The notes beneath the pieces were generated by a model, which ran no database searches, was not told the DNA's origin, and was given only the letters and a program-made list of their open reading frames with translations. From Bilabrum cf. latius (Eukaryota): DNA of 64,000 nucleotides. Below are positions 1 to 13,958 of this stretch, piece by piece (positions within the stretch are counted from its first letter, which is position 1; each line of letters opens with the position of its first letter). The position numbers and the translations under genes are program-made. The DNA lies in NCBI GenBank assembly GCA_965178125.1, contig OZ237774.1:186001-250000 (forward strand), in the 5' to 3' direction.

Positions 1-1
1 G

Positions 2-3000
2 CCTGTGATCGACTCGATCGAGCGCTTCAACGGGGCCGGGCTGTTCCCTGCCACGGTGAGTGGCGAGCCCATCTCGGTGGACCCCATGCCCGCCATGCCT
101 CAGGACCGGCAGCTGAGCCCCGAGGGTGGAGACTACGTGGAGCTCGTGGGCCGCAACTTCGGGCCGTCGGGAGACGAGCAGCTGCTGCAGGAGGTGCGCT
201 TCGGCAACGGGGCCCACCAGTACGTGCTACCCGAGTCCGAGTACCGCATCATGACGGACCACCAGAGGATCAGGGTGCGGGTGCCCCCAGGTGTGGGTGC
301 TGATATGCGGTTCGTGGTTGTTGTGGCCGACCAGGAGTCGTCCGAGTCCCAGTCCACCGTGTCGTATGCCGCGCCCGAAGTCATGTCAATCTCGCCTGCC
401 TTCGGGCACGCGCAGCAGGACGAAGAGAGCCCCCAGATGGTCAAGGTGACTGGCAAGCACTTCGGATTCGCGGACAGCCGATCCACGCTGACCGTCAAAT
501 TTGGCCACGCTGCTGACGGCACGATGACTGCCGGTATCGCAACTACGGAGCCCATGTCTGGCACGGGTCGCTTCGAGCCTGCTGCTGGCAATGCCACGTA
601 CCCGGCCGGATATGATCGGGAGGCAGTGCAGACGGTCAAGTTCGCGCTGCCCTCTGGAGTGGGCAAAGACAGGGCGGTGGTGCTGGTCAACTCACCCGCA
701 GGCTTCCCCCAGCTGGCACTTCGCAGCGCCGTGGACGTGTCGGCCTACACGACCATGGTGACCGAGGGACCCATCAATACGTCCGTGGTGGTGACCGACC
801 CCAAGGTGTTCACCTACCAGAACCCCTCGATCGACTTCCTCTCACTGGATCCCATCGGCACCACGGGCCCGTACGCCAACCAGCGGGCCAACTTGTTCCC
901 CGGATAGGAGGGCATCAAGCTGCTGCGCGTGTACGGCCGCAACTTTGGTGCCTCGGCTCAGGAGCTCAACGACCAGGTGGAGCGTAAGGTGCTCATCGCG
1001 CCCTCGGACGACCCGTCGGACTTCTCGGCAGATACGGGCCGCGTGCAGGTGGTGGACTGGACCGACACCGTGATCGAGGTCATGACGGACGTGGACTCTG
1101 GGTTCGCGAAGGTTCACCTGGGTTCCTTCTCATACGACGGTGCCATGGAGAAGAGCCAGACGTCTCCTGCCGCCCAGTACTACGACGTGTCTCCTCAGGT
1201 GGCAGGCCTGCAGGGAGCCGACGCCTTCAACACGGCGGGAGGGGAGATCCTCGAGCTCAAGGTGGCCCGCATCGGGCAGGCACAGAGCATCCAGGTGGAC
1301 GTGGGCGGACAGCCGTGCCCACTGGTGCTACCCTCCGACCCGTCGCAGACCGTGTCCGATGCCGACTTCCCCACTGTCATCCTGCAGGCCCAGGTGGATG
1401 CCAATCCGAGCTACAACTCGCTCATTGACGCGGATAATGGAGGCATGCAGTGGGACATCGCCTGCGTGATGCCGGCTGGGCCCCGCGGTGAGTTCGTGAA
1501 CGACGGCTCGCAGGTGCCGGTGGTGGTGCAGCGTTTCTCGGCCGGCAGCGATGGCATCGTGTCTGGTCCGCAGTATATCTCGTACGCGCCTCCGTCCATC
1601 ACAGAGGTGCAGGTCTGGCACGACACGTCGGCCAACCCATCAGGACAGCCCGACGAGGTGTTCACTCCAGCTGACGGCGTGGTATACACGCCTACTCGAG
1701 GGGCCATCATGCGCATCGTGGGTGAGAACTTCGGGCTGTGCCCCCAGGTGCGCCTTGGCTTCAGCAACATGTTCGAGATGGGCGAGCAGTACCAGGACGA
1801 GTCATCGGCGTGCAGACACACGACCCAGGACCCGGCCCGCCGCAGCCGCTCGCACACCATGCTGGAGCTGCGTGTGCCCCAGGGCGAGGGCGACGGCACG
1901 GACCCGGCCCTGGGAGGCATGCCGTTTGCCTTCCGCGTGACGGTGGGCGGGCAGGACTCGCAGCCCATGGTGCACTCTCACACGCCCCCCGCCATCCAGA
2001 GCGTGACCCTCAACGGACGGCCCAGGGGACCTACCCGCGGCGGTGTGCGCGTGCTGGTGCGCGGCACCAACTTCGGCGAGCCCAGTCCGCTGCAGGTGGA
2101 CACTGGAGTGGTGGCTCAGCTGGCCGTGCACATCGGCCGCGACAGTCCTCTCTCCCAGGAACGTGCCGCCGAGCAGGAAATCACCGACACGAGCGCGCCA
2201 GGCATGCTCAACTGCTCCGACCCCGTGCGCATCCCCGCGCCGGCCAACCGCCCCGCCTACGACGAGATCGAGTGCACTCTGGCTGAGGGCACCGGCGCCC
2301 GTCTGGATGCAGTGGTCAGCGTGGCAGGCGTGCAGTCGGAGCCGCTGCAGGACGCCTTCGCGTACATGAAGCCCTCCATCACCGGCGCCACGGTGTTCGC
2401 CGCCACTGCCAGCCAGGAGGTGGTGCAGGCCGAGGACGGCAGCACGCAGGTGACTGTACGCCGCGGACCCGCGGCGGGCTTCTACGAGGTCGAGCTGGAC
2501 GGCGAGAACTTTGGAGCCAGGGACAATGACACCTCCTGCGCCTTTGTGGCGTGGCCCAACAGGGACGCCGAGGAGAGCGCGGCGCCGCTGGGGACTCGCC
2601 TGCGGAACCTGGTGTGCGACCACTCAGAGACTGTGTACGGCGAGGGCGAGGTATGGCACGGGCACGTATTGAGCTGGACCCACAACAGGGTGCGGCTGCT
2701 GATGCCTCCGGGCGTGGGCATGCGCGACATCACCCTGCGTGTGCGTGGACAGCAGCCCGAGGGCGCCATGCAGGGGCCCAAGCTCAGGGGCGTGCAGGCC
2801 GGCATCGAGGGTGTGGCGTTCCAGTACAACGACCCGGAGATCGACTCGATCGAGGCGCTCCCCAACAGCGTGTTTGACATCCCCACGGCGGGAGGGGCGC
2901 AGCTCGTGCTAAAGGGCAGGAACTTCGGCCGCGGGCCCATCACCAACCCCAATGTGCTGCAGTCAGCGGCACAGACCTTCGTGGCGGGAAGCGTGCCGCT

Positions 3001-6000
3001 GCCCCTGCACACCCCCGAGGGCGACGGCGAGCTGGACATGGGCACCAGCAGCCTGCCGCAGGGCGTGCTGCCCACGGCCGGCATGGCGGTGCAGTTCTAC
3101 CGTGCCTGCCTCTCCGTGGCGCGAGGCCTGGATGGCACCTCCCAGCTGGGCCCCGACTCGGCCGTGGCGCAGTCGGAGCTGACCGTGACGGGCGCCGAGG
3201 GCTGCGAGTCCAGGAGTCTGTGGAGCCCGGGCCAGCCCACCATCGTGCGGCACCAGGACGACGAGATCGTGTTTGTGACCCCCGAGGGCCTGGGCACAAA
3301 CCGGGATGTGTTTGTGTCTCACTTCGAGCAGAACCCGTCCGCTCGCGTGACTGACGGGGACGTGCTGGAGATCCGTAGCAACGTGCTGCTGGTGAACTAC
3401 TCGAGGCCATTCATCACGTCCGTGACTCCGCAGACCGTGGAGGTGCGCGAGCTGGAGGGCAGGCACCCCATCACCATCAAGGGCAGGAACTTCGGTCCCA
3501 CGGGATCCACCGAGGGCTGGAGCGAGGCAGAGCGCCTGTCCCGCATCCATATCGGAGCGAGGGAGTGCTTCATGCCGGGCGCTCTGCCCGAGGGAGCCCA
3601 GCGGTCCGTGGCCGAGGTGCTGGACGAGTTCACCGGGGACACCACCCAGCGGGCCGTGTTGGAGTGCCACCTGGACGCAGACACCGTGGGGCCCAAGAAC
3701 ATCACCGTGCAGGTGGCTGGTCAGCGCCGCTTCGCAGACATCACCAGGCCGCCGCTGGTGCAGGTGGTGTGCGACCGGGACTACTTCGGTCTGGAGGGCG
3801 AGATGTGCCTGCCCTGCCCCGAGGGCGGCGTGTGCGACGGCTACGACCAGTTCAACAACACGCACACCATGCCGAGGCCAATCGAGAACTTCTACAACCT
3901 CAACTCGTCCGACTCCGCCAACTTCAACATGCTGCAGGTCTGCCCGCCGGGCCGGCAGGTAGTGGCGCCCAGGCACCCGCTGGACGAGGACCAGCCCATG
4001 ATCCACGAGGGCGGGCCCAGGGACGTGTGTATCGTGGCGTGCGAGCCGCAGTGGGCGTGCGTGGGTGACAACTTCTGCGCACGAGGATATGCATCCAAGG
4101 CACCCATGTACAGGTGCGCCAGCTGCGACACGGGCTTCTACAGGCGCGCGGGCGAGTGCGTCAAGTGCCCCGACAACCCGTGGATCCTCATCGTGGCGTT
4201 CGTGCTGATGGCCATGACGGCCGGATGCGTGGGCCTGTGGCTGAACCGCAGCAAGATCAACATTGCACTGATCGCCATTGGTGTGGACTACTTCCAGGTG
4301 CTGGCCATCTTCGCCAACGCCCGCGTGAGCTGGCCCCCCATGCTCAAGGACCTGTTCCACATCCTGTCCGCCTTCAACTTGAACCTCGAGATCACGGCCC
4401 CCGAGTGCACTGTGCCCGAGCTGGCCTTCCAGACCAAGTGGTACTTCATCGTGCTGCTGCCTCTGGCCGTCATCGCCATGGGCATGGCGGCCTTCGCTGC
4501 CTTCTGGCTGTACGCTCTCTTCACCAACATGCAGAAGGACCCTAAGGGACAGCGGTACGCTCCCTTGGTGGCTGGCCTGATCGTGCTGCTGTACTTCCTG
4601 TACCTGCACGAGACCAAGACCATCCTGGACGTGTTCAACTGCGTGCCCACCACGCCGCCAGACGGTCAGAAGTACCTGCAGGCCGTGTTCGAGCCGTGCG
4701 GACAGAAGGGTGGCGTGCAGCTGCAGCTCATGCCCTTCGCCGTCATCGCGCTGATCGTGTACACGTTTGGCTTCCCCGCGTGGGTGGCCTTCATGCTGGT
4801 GGTCAACAAGGAGACCATCATGCTGGACCAGCTCAGGAGGGCCCAGGGACACGGATACACGTTCGTGTCGTCAGATCCCGAGGCCATCAAGCAGGCAGCC
4901 GCATTCCGTGTCAAGTTCCAGCGTCTGTACTATTACTTCAAGCCCGAGTACTACTGGTGGGTCATGACCATCATCGCGCGCAAGGCACTCATCGCCTTCT
5001 GCTCGCTCATGTTCAACACCAACGCGTCCTTCCAGATGGCCGCCACGCTGCTGGTCATCTTCCTGTGCTACACGCTGCAGGTCAAGTACAACCCGTACAT
5101 GCCCCCCGCCGAGTACCAGGACACGCTCATCGACTGGGCCGGCAAATCCGTGGACGAGGGTCTTCGCAAGGCCCAGGCGGACCGCAGCTCCTCGGATGCC
5201 ATCGACAAGGCCGCCGCGCAGAACTCGGCCAACCGCCGCGACGAGCTGCTGGACACCACCGGTATGGCCAGCACCGGGTCAATGGCGCGCGCCCAGCAGG
5301 ACGGGTGCGCGGGCTGCCTGCAGTCCACGGGCTCTGCCGCCTTCATCATGTGCGCTCGGTCCCCTGAGCTGTACTACTCGCTGTGGGACACGATTCGCAC
5401 GCAGGACAAGAGGCAGGATAAGGCCAACCAGAGGTCCCAGAACAGCCTCAGCAGCACGCGCATCAACGCAGCCGCCGTGGACCCCAAGGACGTGATGGGC
5501 GTGATGGGCAGCAACATGATGAACTGGAACACCGTGGAGACGGTGCTGCTGTTCTGCGCCATCCTCGTGACGCTGGGCGGAATCATGCTCGAGTCGGGGC
5601 GCTTCGACCAGGAGGGCTACCAGGACCAGCGGGACGCCATCACCATCATCCTCATGCTCATCATCATGTCATCCATCACGTACTACTTCACGGTCTTCGG
5701 GCTGGAGCTGTACATGCTGGTGACGGCCAAGGACCGCGCCCGCAGGCTGCAGCAGGCCAGCATCAAGAAGGTCAAGGAGGGCAAGGCCGCCCGCAAGATC
5801 GACGTGGACATGTCCAACGCCGAGTACAGCGCCAACCCGCTCATGGACGTCAGCAAGGCCGGCAAAGACAGTGGCGCGGAAGGCGACTCTGCTCTCCTGC
5901 AGAACATGCGCGGCATGATGGAGCTGGAGAGCCTGGACCGGCACTCGTGGGTGCGCCTCAGGGGCCAGTTCAAGGAGTTCGTGCTGTCGTACGAGGAGAT

Positions 6001-6313
6001 GTCCAAGGAGTACGGCAGGATGACCAAGGAGAGCATGCGGGCGGCGGCCAGCGGCGTGTCTCCTCTCGTGGGCGCCTCGTCCCCGCGTGTAGGGTCTGCT
6101 GGGTCCCCTCAGCTAGGCGGGTCAGGTTCGATGGGCATGAACCCCATGAGCCTGGGCATGGCTCGCGGGGGCAAGAAGAAGGAGTTCGGAAGGGCCGCAG
6201 CGTCGAGCCGCTCCCTGGGCCGGCGCAACAGCGGCCGCAACCTGCTCCTGAAGAAGGGATCCATGAGCAAGGCGGGGTCGGCCGCAACGATCGGAGTGGA
6301 GGAGAGCCAGTGA
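2..6313 (+). CDS. Large surface/receptor-like membrane protein (IPT/TIG Ig-like repeats, Cys-rich region, multi-pass TM C-terminus); 5'-truncated by the window
   Basis: ORFs 5..907 and 929..6313 share a frame and are joined by one TAG (905-907). Repeated 'GxNFG' and 'Y..P.I..V' IPT/TIG motifs, a Cys-rich stretch (CLPCPEGGVC...CASCDTGFYR...CVKCP), then several hydrophobic helices. Ends TGA. Confidence 0.8.
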
Positions 6314-7112
6314 TAGAGAGGATCGCATCGCAGCGAGTCGTAACGACTCATCAGCTAGTAGACAGTCTTGAGGAGTGCAGCGCGCAACGAGAGCGGCGCT
6401 TCAGCAAATGTTCGCAAAGCCGCTGTGGAAGGCCACGTGTCACCATGCCTCAGTTCTAGTGCATCCACCGTTAGGGCGACAGCCCATAGGGTTAATGCAC
6501 GGCATGCGTGTTCACTCGGTTCCATCCGTGGCATGCGACGCGAAGCGCCGCCTCCGCCACGTCTGCACCCCCGAGTGTCATAATCTTGCGCTTCCGTGAC
6601 TGATTTTGTATACCTGATCATGCATGTTGTATCATCCGGATCGCTCCCAACTTATCTCTGCAAACAAGACTGCTGCGCACAGCATCTAGATTGGCTCAAC
6701 GCATGCCCAAGGCCAAAACAAATGCCGCAAAACACATTGGTTTTGGCGAAACAGCGCCCCAACTGCGGGGGACTGGGCGGCAGCCAATGTGCGGCTGCCT
6801 ACGGGGGCAATCCATCTATGGATGCAGGTTGTAATCTACAAGCAGGGCTAGGCGTCATTTTGGAGCCAACGGCTTGCACCGACTCTGTCTACCGGAGGTT
6901 CACTTATTAGGTGGGTACCGAAGCCTGAGGCCCTATGGACTGGGCCCGAGATCCACAAAACGCAAATCATTATTTGATGCCCATTTCACCCATGTGGTTT
7001 GACAGAGCCCGCCTATGGCTTTCACATAACTCTGTTATCCCAAGTGCACGGATAGTTGCCCTTCACCTCCACCTACCATCCACCCCGCTTGTTAACACCG
7101 CTGATCCACTGA

Positions 7113-8348
7113 TCACGATACAAGCGACGTGCTATCCCCGATGATCTCCTAGCTCGAGTGGCTGCGTGTTTCAGCCTCTTCGACATCGGAGCCTGGTACA
7201 TCCAGCGGGCCATCATCCAAATCCCCCTGCCCGGGAACGACTGCCACCGGATGCACCTGCGCACCGGGATACGCATGCCCTTGCCCCAATGGTGCATGGG
7301 GTGCGTGGACGTTGAGGTCAGCAGTATTGTGCGGATCGGTGGGATCGTTCGGCTGCTAGTCCAAGGGAGGGATCGATCCCAGCAATTCGTTCCACCAGCA
7401 GGGAAACAAGCACATGGCAACGTAAAGGTAACCCGAACCGAGAAAGCACACAAAGTACATGGACGCAAGCGCCAGTCTAAAGACGCGCTTGGTCTGCGGG
7501 CTCTAATACAAAAGGTCTACGTTCCATTGCGGGGGGTCGTTTGCCAACCCCTTCCATAGGAAACTGATGCCCACGATGGCGGCGGATCCAAGGCCGACAG
7601 CAGAAGCTAGCACCAGCATGATTACGGCACCCTTACCGATAGAACTCCGGAGATAAGGCAACAGCCTCGTATTCTGAAGCACGTTCATCTACTCACAACA
7701 AACGCACGCACAGGAGCACGAAGCAATGAGCGCTACTAGCACGCTGGCTAGACCGACTGAGTACGCAGCATCAGGCAGCCAATCTCGGAACTCGAACCAA
7801 ACATTCCCTTCCGCTCTACCAGACTCGCAATATCCCATTCCAGTATACGAATACTTTGTATCGGTCGCAAACGGGCCCCTACCGTCTACTCCATCCGGCA
7901 ATCTCCCTGCGATCGCGATCGACGAGCGTCCTCCCCTTTGCTCATCCGGGACATCCACAGGGTACTCCCACAGTGGGAAACCAGCGATTCTGGGGTCAAC
8001 TTGCAGTTGATTGTGGGTGACTCTGGCTGTCCAGTTGCCTAGTGTTGTGGTTTGGGATCGAATCAAATCGGCTGCTGATTGCCCAGTTGCACCACTGGCC
8101 ACGTCGAGAATCCATTGTGCGTACAGTATACCGGCGTCGTCGCGGCTGATAAGGTACGAAGGAAAATTCTCAGTTTCTTCTTCGTTGATAATCGTGTACT
8201 CGTGACCGACCACGCAGGATAGTTCGAGACCTTCGGCAAGACGCCTTGCGTTGATTCCCTTCACCAAAAGAACCGTACCACACGAGGCCATTGCGCACGT
8301 GACCGCAGTAAGGCAGCAGATCCGAGAATAAAGCATTGGATTGGTCAT
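7113..8348 (-). CDS. Hypothetical multi-pass membrane protein
   Basis: ORF 7689..8348 continues in frame through TAG at 7689, 7503, 7356 and 7149 to TGA at 7113-7115. The read-through part adds further hydrophobic helices (AVIMLVLASAVGLGSAAIVGISFLW; LALASMYFVCFLGSGYLYVAMCLF). Confidence 0.55.
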
Positions 8349-9208
8349 TTTCTGCTGGTAGAGACTCTGCTTGTTCTCGATCCGATATGCAGAAATTGCG
8401 TTTGGCTGCTAACTTCATCTTCATTATTGAAGATTTGACCCGGTTTGGGTGTGATACCACAGCAATCAAATGGGTGTGCGTTGCTTAGTCTAGTATGCTG
8501 ATCGTGGTAGCTCTGCGCAGTCGTTTCCTTGTGATGCAAGCACACCTTGAATTTGAGATCACACGTTGTACACAGCACCCTAATCTCGCAGACAGTCACA
8601 CATGGTTGCAGTTGGCTGCCTCCGAGAGCCCATCCTCAAAGTTACCAAAAAAGACAACTGGCGAACGCTGCCCCTCAGCGCCCGAATAGCACGCGGCTTG
8701 ATTGCCGCTCAAGTCTAATTGTGACCTCCCAACTTCCTCATCCGCATGTGGTCGGATGATCCGATGCCCCTGATCCGAGCCACTCGTCACACACATGCCC
8801 GTACCTCCACGTGCCCGGCCTGTGCCCCCCCCTTACTATCCGCCGTATCAGCCCGATGACCCCACCAATCATCTTCTCCTCCACTACTTCCTTCCCACTT
8901 GGTGAACCGCCGCCCCCTTCACTCCCCATCGCGCCCATCCCCCCCCCCCTATCCCTCGCCCTCTGTATGCTCCGCCCCCCCTATCCCTTGCCCTCTCTCT
9001 CTTTGCTCCGCCCTCAACCTCCCCCCCTTCCCCCCCAATTCCATCCGTCGCCCACCCCGAGTCGCTGCCGCTCCTGCTCTTCATCACCAGCCGATTTCTC
9101 TCTTTCCTTGTCCTCCGTACCACTACGTCGCATCTGCTCCTGCACCTCGAGCGGGTCCTGCGCACACCTCGCGACCTTAATTTTAGAGACCTTATTGGCC
9201 TCACCAAC

Positions 9209-9395
9209 GATTGTCTGCTGTGCGGAGCCGCTACCGGGTCATCAGCATCGCGTTGCGCTATCACTGACGGCATGGGGCAACTCATTTAGTTCCATCAGTT
9301 GGATAGATAATAATGTTCAACCCTCTTTCCACCGCCTCCATGGCCTACTTAGCTGTGCATCCGAGATTCGCCTCAAGCGGTTGCAACCACTCGCT
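9209..9395. repeat. Direct repeat, copy 1 (about 190 bp, similar to 13959-14157)
   Basis: GATTGTCTGCTGTGCGGAGCCGCTACCGGGTCATCAGCATCGCGTTGCGCTA...GCAACCACTCGCT is near-identical to the copy 4750 bp downstream. Confidence 0.9.
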
Positions 9396-9954
9396 AGATC
9401 TAGACTATTTACCTGACCATTCTTTTGCCAGATGAGTCTTCTGGAGGAGACCATTTTGATTCCGCCCGGACATTCTGACAGCGTAAGACGATGCATGATT
9501 GATGATTGAGCCACCACATGCGCGACTGCTCCTGGTGCCTCGCTCGGGAACCCATGATGAGAGCCTCCGACAGCAAGCAGCTCGATCCCTCGCACGGCCC
9601 CCTTCGTCGAGGCGGAACTTCGGGGCAATCCTAGCCGTATTCGCGATTGCTGGTGCACAGTGTGTGTTGCAAGAGTATTGTCAATTCCTTGTAGAGCCCA
9701 CCGATCGGGGAAGTCAGGCAGTATCAGGAGCAGGCGGATGTTTGTTTTGTTTTCTCTTTTGGGTGACAATTTGTTTTTCTTCATTTGCTTTTTTGAATAG
9801 GACGCTCTGCGCCTCTTCAACTGCATATTATGTTTTAGAATGATAATACATCTGCTTCTGGCTTGCAAGAGAGCAATGTCTATACGCTCCGGTAGAAACC
9901 GGTGGTATCACCCGTATTGTACTGGCCTCCTTCCTTACGCAGGCACGCCGAGAG

Positions 9955-12900
9955 ATGGCGCAAAGGATGCTTCACGCTCGATCGTTCGCGATGGGTTCTC
10001 GCTGGATGATTGCCTTTATTGTAGTCTTACTACTGTGCATGGTCAATGGCGAAGCATACCCGCAAGGTCCCAAAACGGGCAGCAGAGAAGAAGGCGGGTG
10101 AGCACGCAGCAGTGGTTGTGTACCAACCGCCCAGCGCTCCGTGCGCTGGCAGGATGAAGGACTTGCATAGCCCTATGGATTGGATGTCCTTTATCTTTCA
10201 CTCGCAGGTGGCTGGGTGGATCTGAATCAGCCGTTGTGGGGCCCTGGGGATCTCCTGCACCGGGCACCCGCATACTCTCCGCTTCTACTAATGTGGTAAA
10301 GGGCAGCAGCAAGATCTCGGACACCCAGGGCGGCTTCACGGGGCAGATGGATAATGATGTTCGCTTCGGCGTCTCCGTCGTAGCGCTGGGGGATCTTGAT
10401 GGCGACGGGGTGGTGGACCTGGCTGTGGGGGCAGAGGGGGACAATGACGGAGAACAAAGCAGCGGATCTGTGTGGCTGCTGTTCCTGAAGGCAGACGGCA
10501 CGGTGAAGTCGCATCAGAAGATCTCGAATACGCAGGGCGGCTTCACGGGGCAGCTGGGCTATCTTGATCAATTTGGCCGCTCCATGGCAGCGCTGGGGGA
10601 TCTTGATGACGACGGAGTGGTGGACCTGGCTGTAGGAGCACATCTCAACGATGACGGTGGCAATGATAGGGGGTCTGTGTGGATACTGTTCCTGAAGGCA
10701 GACGGCACGGTGAAGTCGCATCAGAAGATCTCGAATACGCAGGGCGGCTTCACGGGGCAGCTGGACGATGTTGATCGCTTTGGCTGGTCCGTGGCATCAC
10801 TGGGGGATCTTGATGGCGACGGGGGAATAGTCCTGGCTGTGGGGGCACCGGAGGATGATGACGGTGGCAATTCGAGGGGGTGTGTCTGGCTGCTGTTCCT
10901 GAAGACAGCCGGCACGGTGAAGTCGCATCAGAAGATCTCGGACACGCAGGGCGGCTTCACGGGGCAGCTGGACAATCTTGATTTCTTTGGCATCTCCATG
11001 GCATCACTGGGGGATTTTGATGGCGACGGGGTGGTGGACCTGGCTGTGGGGTCATCGGAGGACAATGACGGCGGCACTGATAGAGGGTCTGTGTGGCTGC
11101 TGTTCCTGAAGACAGACGGCACGGTGAAGTCGCATCAGAAGATCTCGGACACGCAGGGCGGCTTCACGGGGCAGCTGGACAATAATGATTTCTTTGGCCG
11201 CTCCGTCGCAGCGCTGGGAGATCTGGATGGCGACGGAGTAGTAGACCTGGCTGTGGGGGCAGAGGGGGACGATGACGGAGGCAGCAATAGAGGGCGTGTC
11301 TGGCTGCTGTTCCTGAAGACAGACGGCACGGTGAAGTCGCATCAGAAGATCTCGGACACGCAGGGCGGCTTCACGGGGCAGCTGGACGATGGGGATTAGT
11401 TTGGCTCGTCCTTGGCATCACTGGGAGATCTTGATGGCGACGGGATGGCGGACCTGGCTGTGGGGGCAGAGAGGGATGATGACGGTGGAGGGGCCAGAGG
11501 GGCTGCATGGATCATCTTCACGAATTACCAGAGACCCAGCCCCAGTCCAAGCGTCAGTCCCTCGCCGTCGACCACCAGCACCAGCACCGCCAGTCCCACT
11601 GCAAGCGTCAGCAGCAGCCCCTCCACGTCGCCCACGCCCTCGACCACCAGCACCAGCACCGCCAGTCCCACACCGTCGACCACCAGCACCAGCACCGCCA
11701 GTCCCACTGCAAGCGTCAGCAGCAGCCCCTCCACGTCGCCCACGCCCTCGACCACCAGCACCAGCACCGCCAGTCCCACGCCCTCGACCACCAGCACCAG
11801 CACCGCCAGTCCCACGCCCTCGACCACCAGCACCAGCACCGCCAGTCCCACGCCGTCGACCACCAGCACCAGCACCGCCAGTCCCACCCCGTCGACCACC
11901 AGCACCAGCACCGCCAGTCCCACAGCGTCGTCATCAACAACGAGCTCGTCCACCCCAGTGAGTCCAGAGAACCGCCATTGCCTATCGATACACCAATACA
12001 AGGCATAAAGCACCCACTACATACCATGCCCTGCCTACCGCTCCCGCTCCGATCCTGCAGACTCCGAGCGTCTCGTCCACGCCGACGCCTTCGCCGACGC
12101 CGTCAACCTCCAGCTCAACGACTCCTGTAAGTTTCGAGACAGACTGAATCGGTTCCTCACGCAAGCGGGGAGTCAGCCATGATGCACCCGCGAATCTTGC
12201 TTTCTGTGGCATGGGTACCTCATGCTGCCTGTTCCTCCACTCGCCGCAGTCCCCGAGCAGCAGCACCAGCCCTGTAAGACATGCCATCTAGCATGCTCAC
12301 TGGCACGATACTTGCACTGACACAACCCAAAACACCTCCACCAGGAATTGCACGTTTTTCCTCATGCTTTGCAGAGCTCTTCAAGCACACCTACCTCGAG
12401 CACGTCCCCGACCATGTCCCCAACCATGTCCCCAACTTCTTCTCCGAGCATATCCCCGAGCGCGTCAGTCTCGGCGTATGCTGCCCCAGCCGAGCCAGTT
12501 GCAGTGGTCCCGCGCCACAGGGCCACGGACGAGGCTGTCGTATGCGCCGAGGCTCCTGTAACCAGCATGGACTCCCAGCTGCTGCAGGTGGGCGTGGACA
12601 TCGCCGGAGCCTTACCCTCCGAGATCGGCTGCGCTGCGGCGGAATCGTACGTGCAGGCTGTGGTGGCCGCATCTGGTGTGGACCTGGAGGACGTGACCTT
12701 CTGGCTGGAGCCCATGGGCGACTCGGGGACGCAACTGCTGCTGCAGATGGAGGTCCGCGACGCTGCTGAGGCCAACACCCTGAATGGCCAGATCAGTCCC
12801 CAGCTGCTGGCCCCAGAGGTGCTGCAAGAGCTGACAGTTTCGGTGCCTAGCGCACAGGTGACTGTGGATGATGAGAATATTGTAGTGCTAGAGGCAGACG

Positions 12901-13133
12901 CTGGCCAAGCAGCGAGCTCCGCAGTCGTTGTATCCGACGAGGGTGATGATGTCGAGATCCCGGTCTTTATGGTCGTGGTGGTGGCAGTCTTGGGCATCGC
13001 CCTGCTGGGCAGCATCGCGATTGCACTCATGTGCTGCGAGTGCAAGGGGGCTCGACGGGAGCAGGGCAAGGCGATTGACACAGACAAGAAGATGGTCGCA
13101 GTCAGTGTGCACATGGGAGCGGAGGCTGTGTGA
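9955..13133 (+). CDS. FG-GAP (integrin-alpha-like beta-propeller) repeat protein with signal peptide, Ser/Thr/Pro mucin-like stalk and C-terminal TM helix
   Basis: Signal-like N-terminus (MGSRWMIAFIVVLLLCMVNGEA). GT-AG introns 10098-10207, 11958-12060, 12127-12249 and 12274-12374 keep the frame. Six 'FG.S.A.LGDLDGDGVVDLAVGA' units, one in-frame TAG at 11397-11399, TM segment VFMVVVVAVLGIALLGSIAIALM. Ends TGA. Confidence 0.85.
10308..11520 (+). repeat. Six tandem ~207-bp (69-aa) FG-GAP units
   Basis: CAGAAGATCTCGGACACGCAGGGCGGCTTCACGGGGCAGCTGG (with minor variants) recurs every ~207 bp. Confidence 0.95.
11561..11923 (+). repeat. Coding minisatellite, 36-bp core encoding PSTTSTSTASPT
   Basis: Tandem TCGACCACCAGCACCAGCACCGCCAGTCCCAC units, two of them interleaved with an ASVSSSPSTSPT unit. 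Confidence 0.9.
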
Positions 13134-13958
13134 GCGAATGAGTTGATGAGCAAGCAAGCCATTCGATTCTTTGGATCCTGTAGGATGGTACACACTCCGT
13201 TGGAGATGCAACCGGTGGCTATGACTTCTGCTGCCCGGTGTATTCCGAATAGACAGGCTCATCTCTCCAAAGCTCAGCAAGTTACAAGTGTTGCTTGTCG
13301 ATACTCCCACAACAGCACGCAACTCGATATACCATCCTGATCTTTCGACCAACCCATGCTACGCGCACTGCATTTACTTTCTCATTCGATAAGCTTAGGC
13401 CTTCTCCTGCTCGCCGCACGGCCCTGTCCGCTGCTTGCACGCCCTACCACCTCCGGCCCCTTCCCCTTCCCCTTCCTTGTGCCGCTCGCAGCTCCTGCAC
13501 CCCCACCACCCAGCTGCGCCATGTACCGCTGCTTGTCCGCCGGGTCTCGATACCTCCCTGCCGCGCCTAAGAGCTTCCTCGAGCTGTCTCTCTCCCCGGT
13601 CCGCCGCCGGGCGCTCCCAGCAGACACCCTCCCGGGCCTGCTCGCGAGGTCCCCCGTGGTGGTGGTGGAAGCTGGAGTCCACCAGGATGCGGGACAGTCG
13701 GGCCTGCAGCTGGGAAGAAGTCCATGCCGCCCTGTGCGGTGTGACGAGTGGCCCCGCCAATCCCCCCGGCCGCCGAAGCGCCCCTCGCCAGTCATTGCAC
13801 CCCCGTGCGATGCACCCTCCCCGCCGCGCACTCTCCTGCCCCCCTGCCGACAAGAGGGGGCGGCTCTCGTGCCATCACCCCGTAGGCTGAGCAGCGCGGG
13901 CTGCGATGAGGACCGCCCCACGAACGACGAGCCAGAGCCAGGCCCAGAGGCTATAATT

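Noticed and set aside
2963-4852. Long antisense and alternate-frame ORFs (e.g. 629 aa at 2963-4852, 604 aa at 44573-46387, 568 aa at 53440-55146)
   Set aside because: These are shadows of GC-rich coding strands with no recognisable motifs.
8815-9110. C/T-rich tract as a structured element
   Set aside because: No periodicity or recognisable RNA structure; treated as low-complexity sequence.
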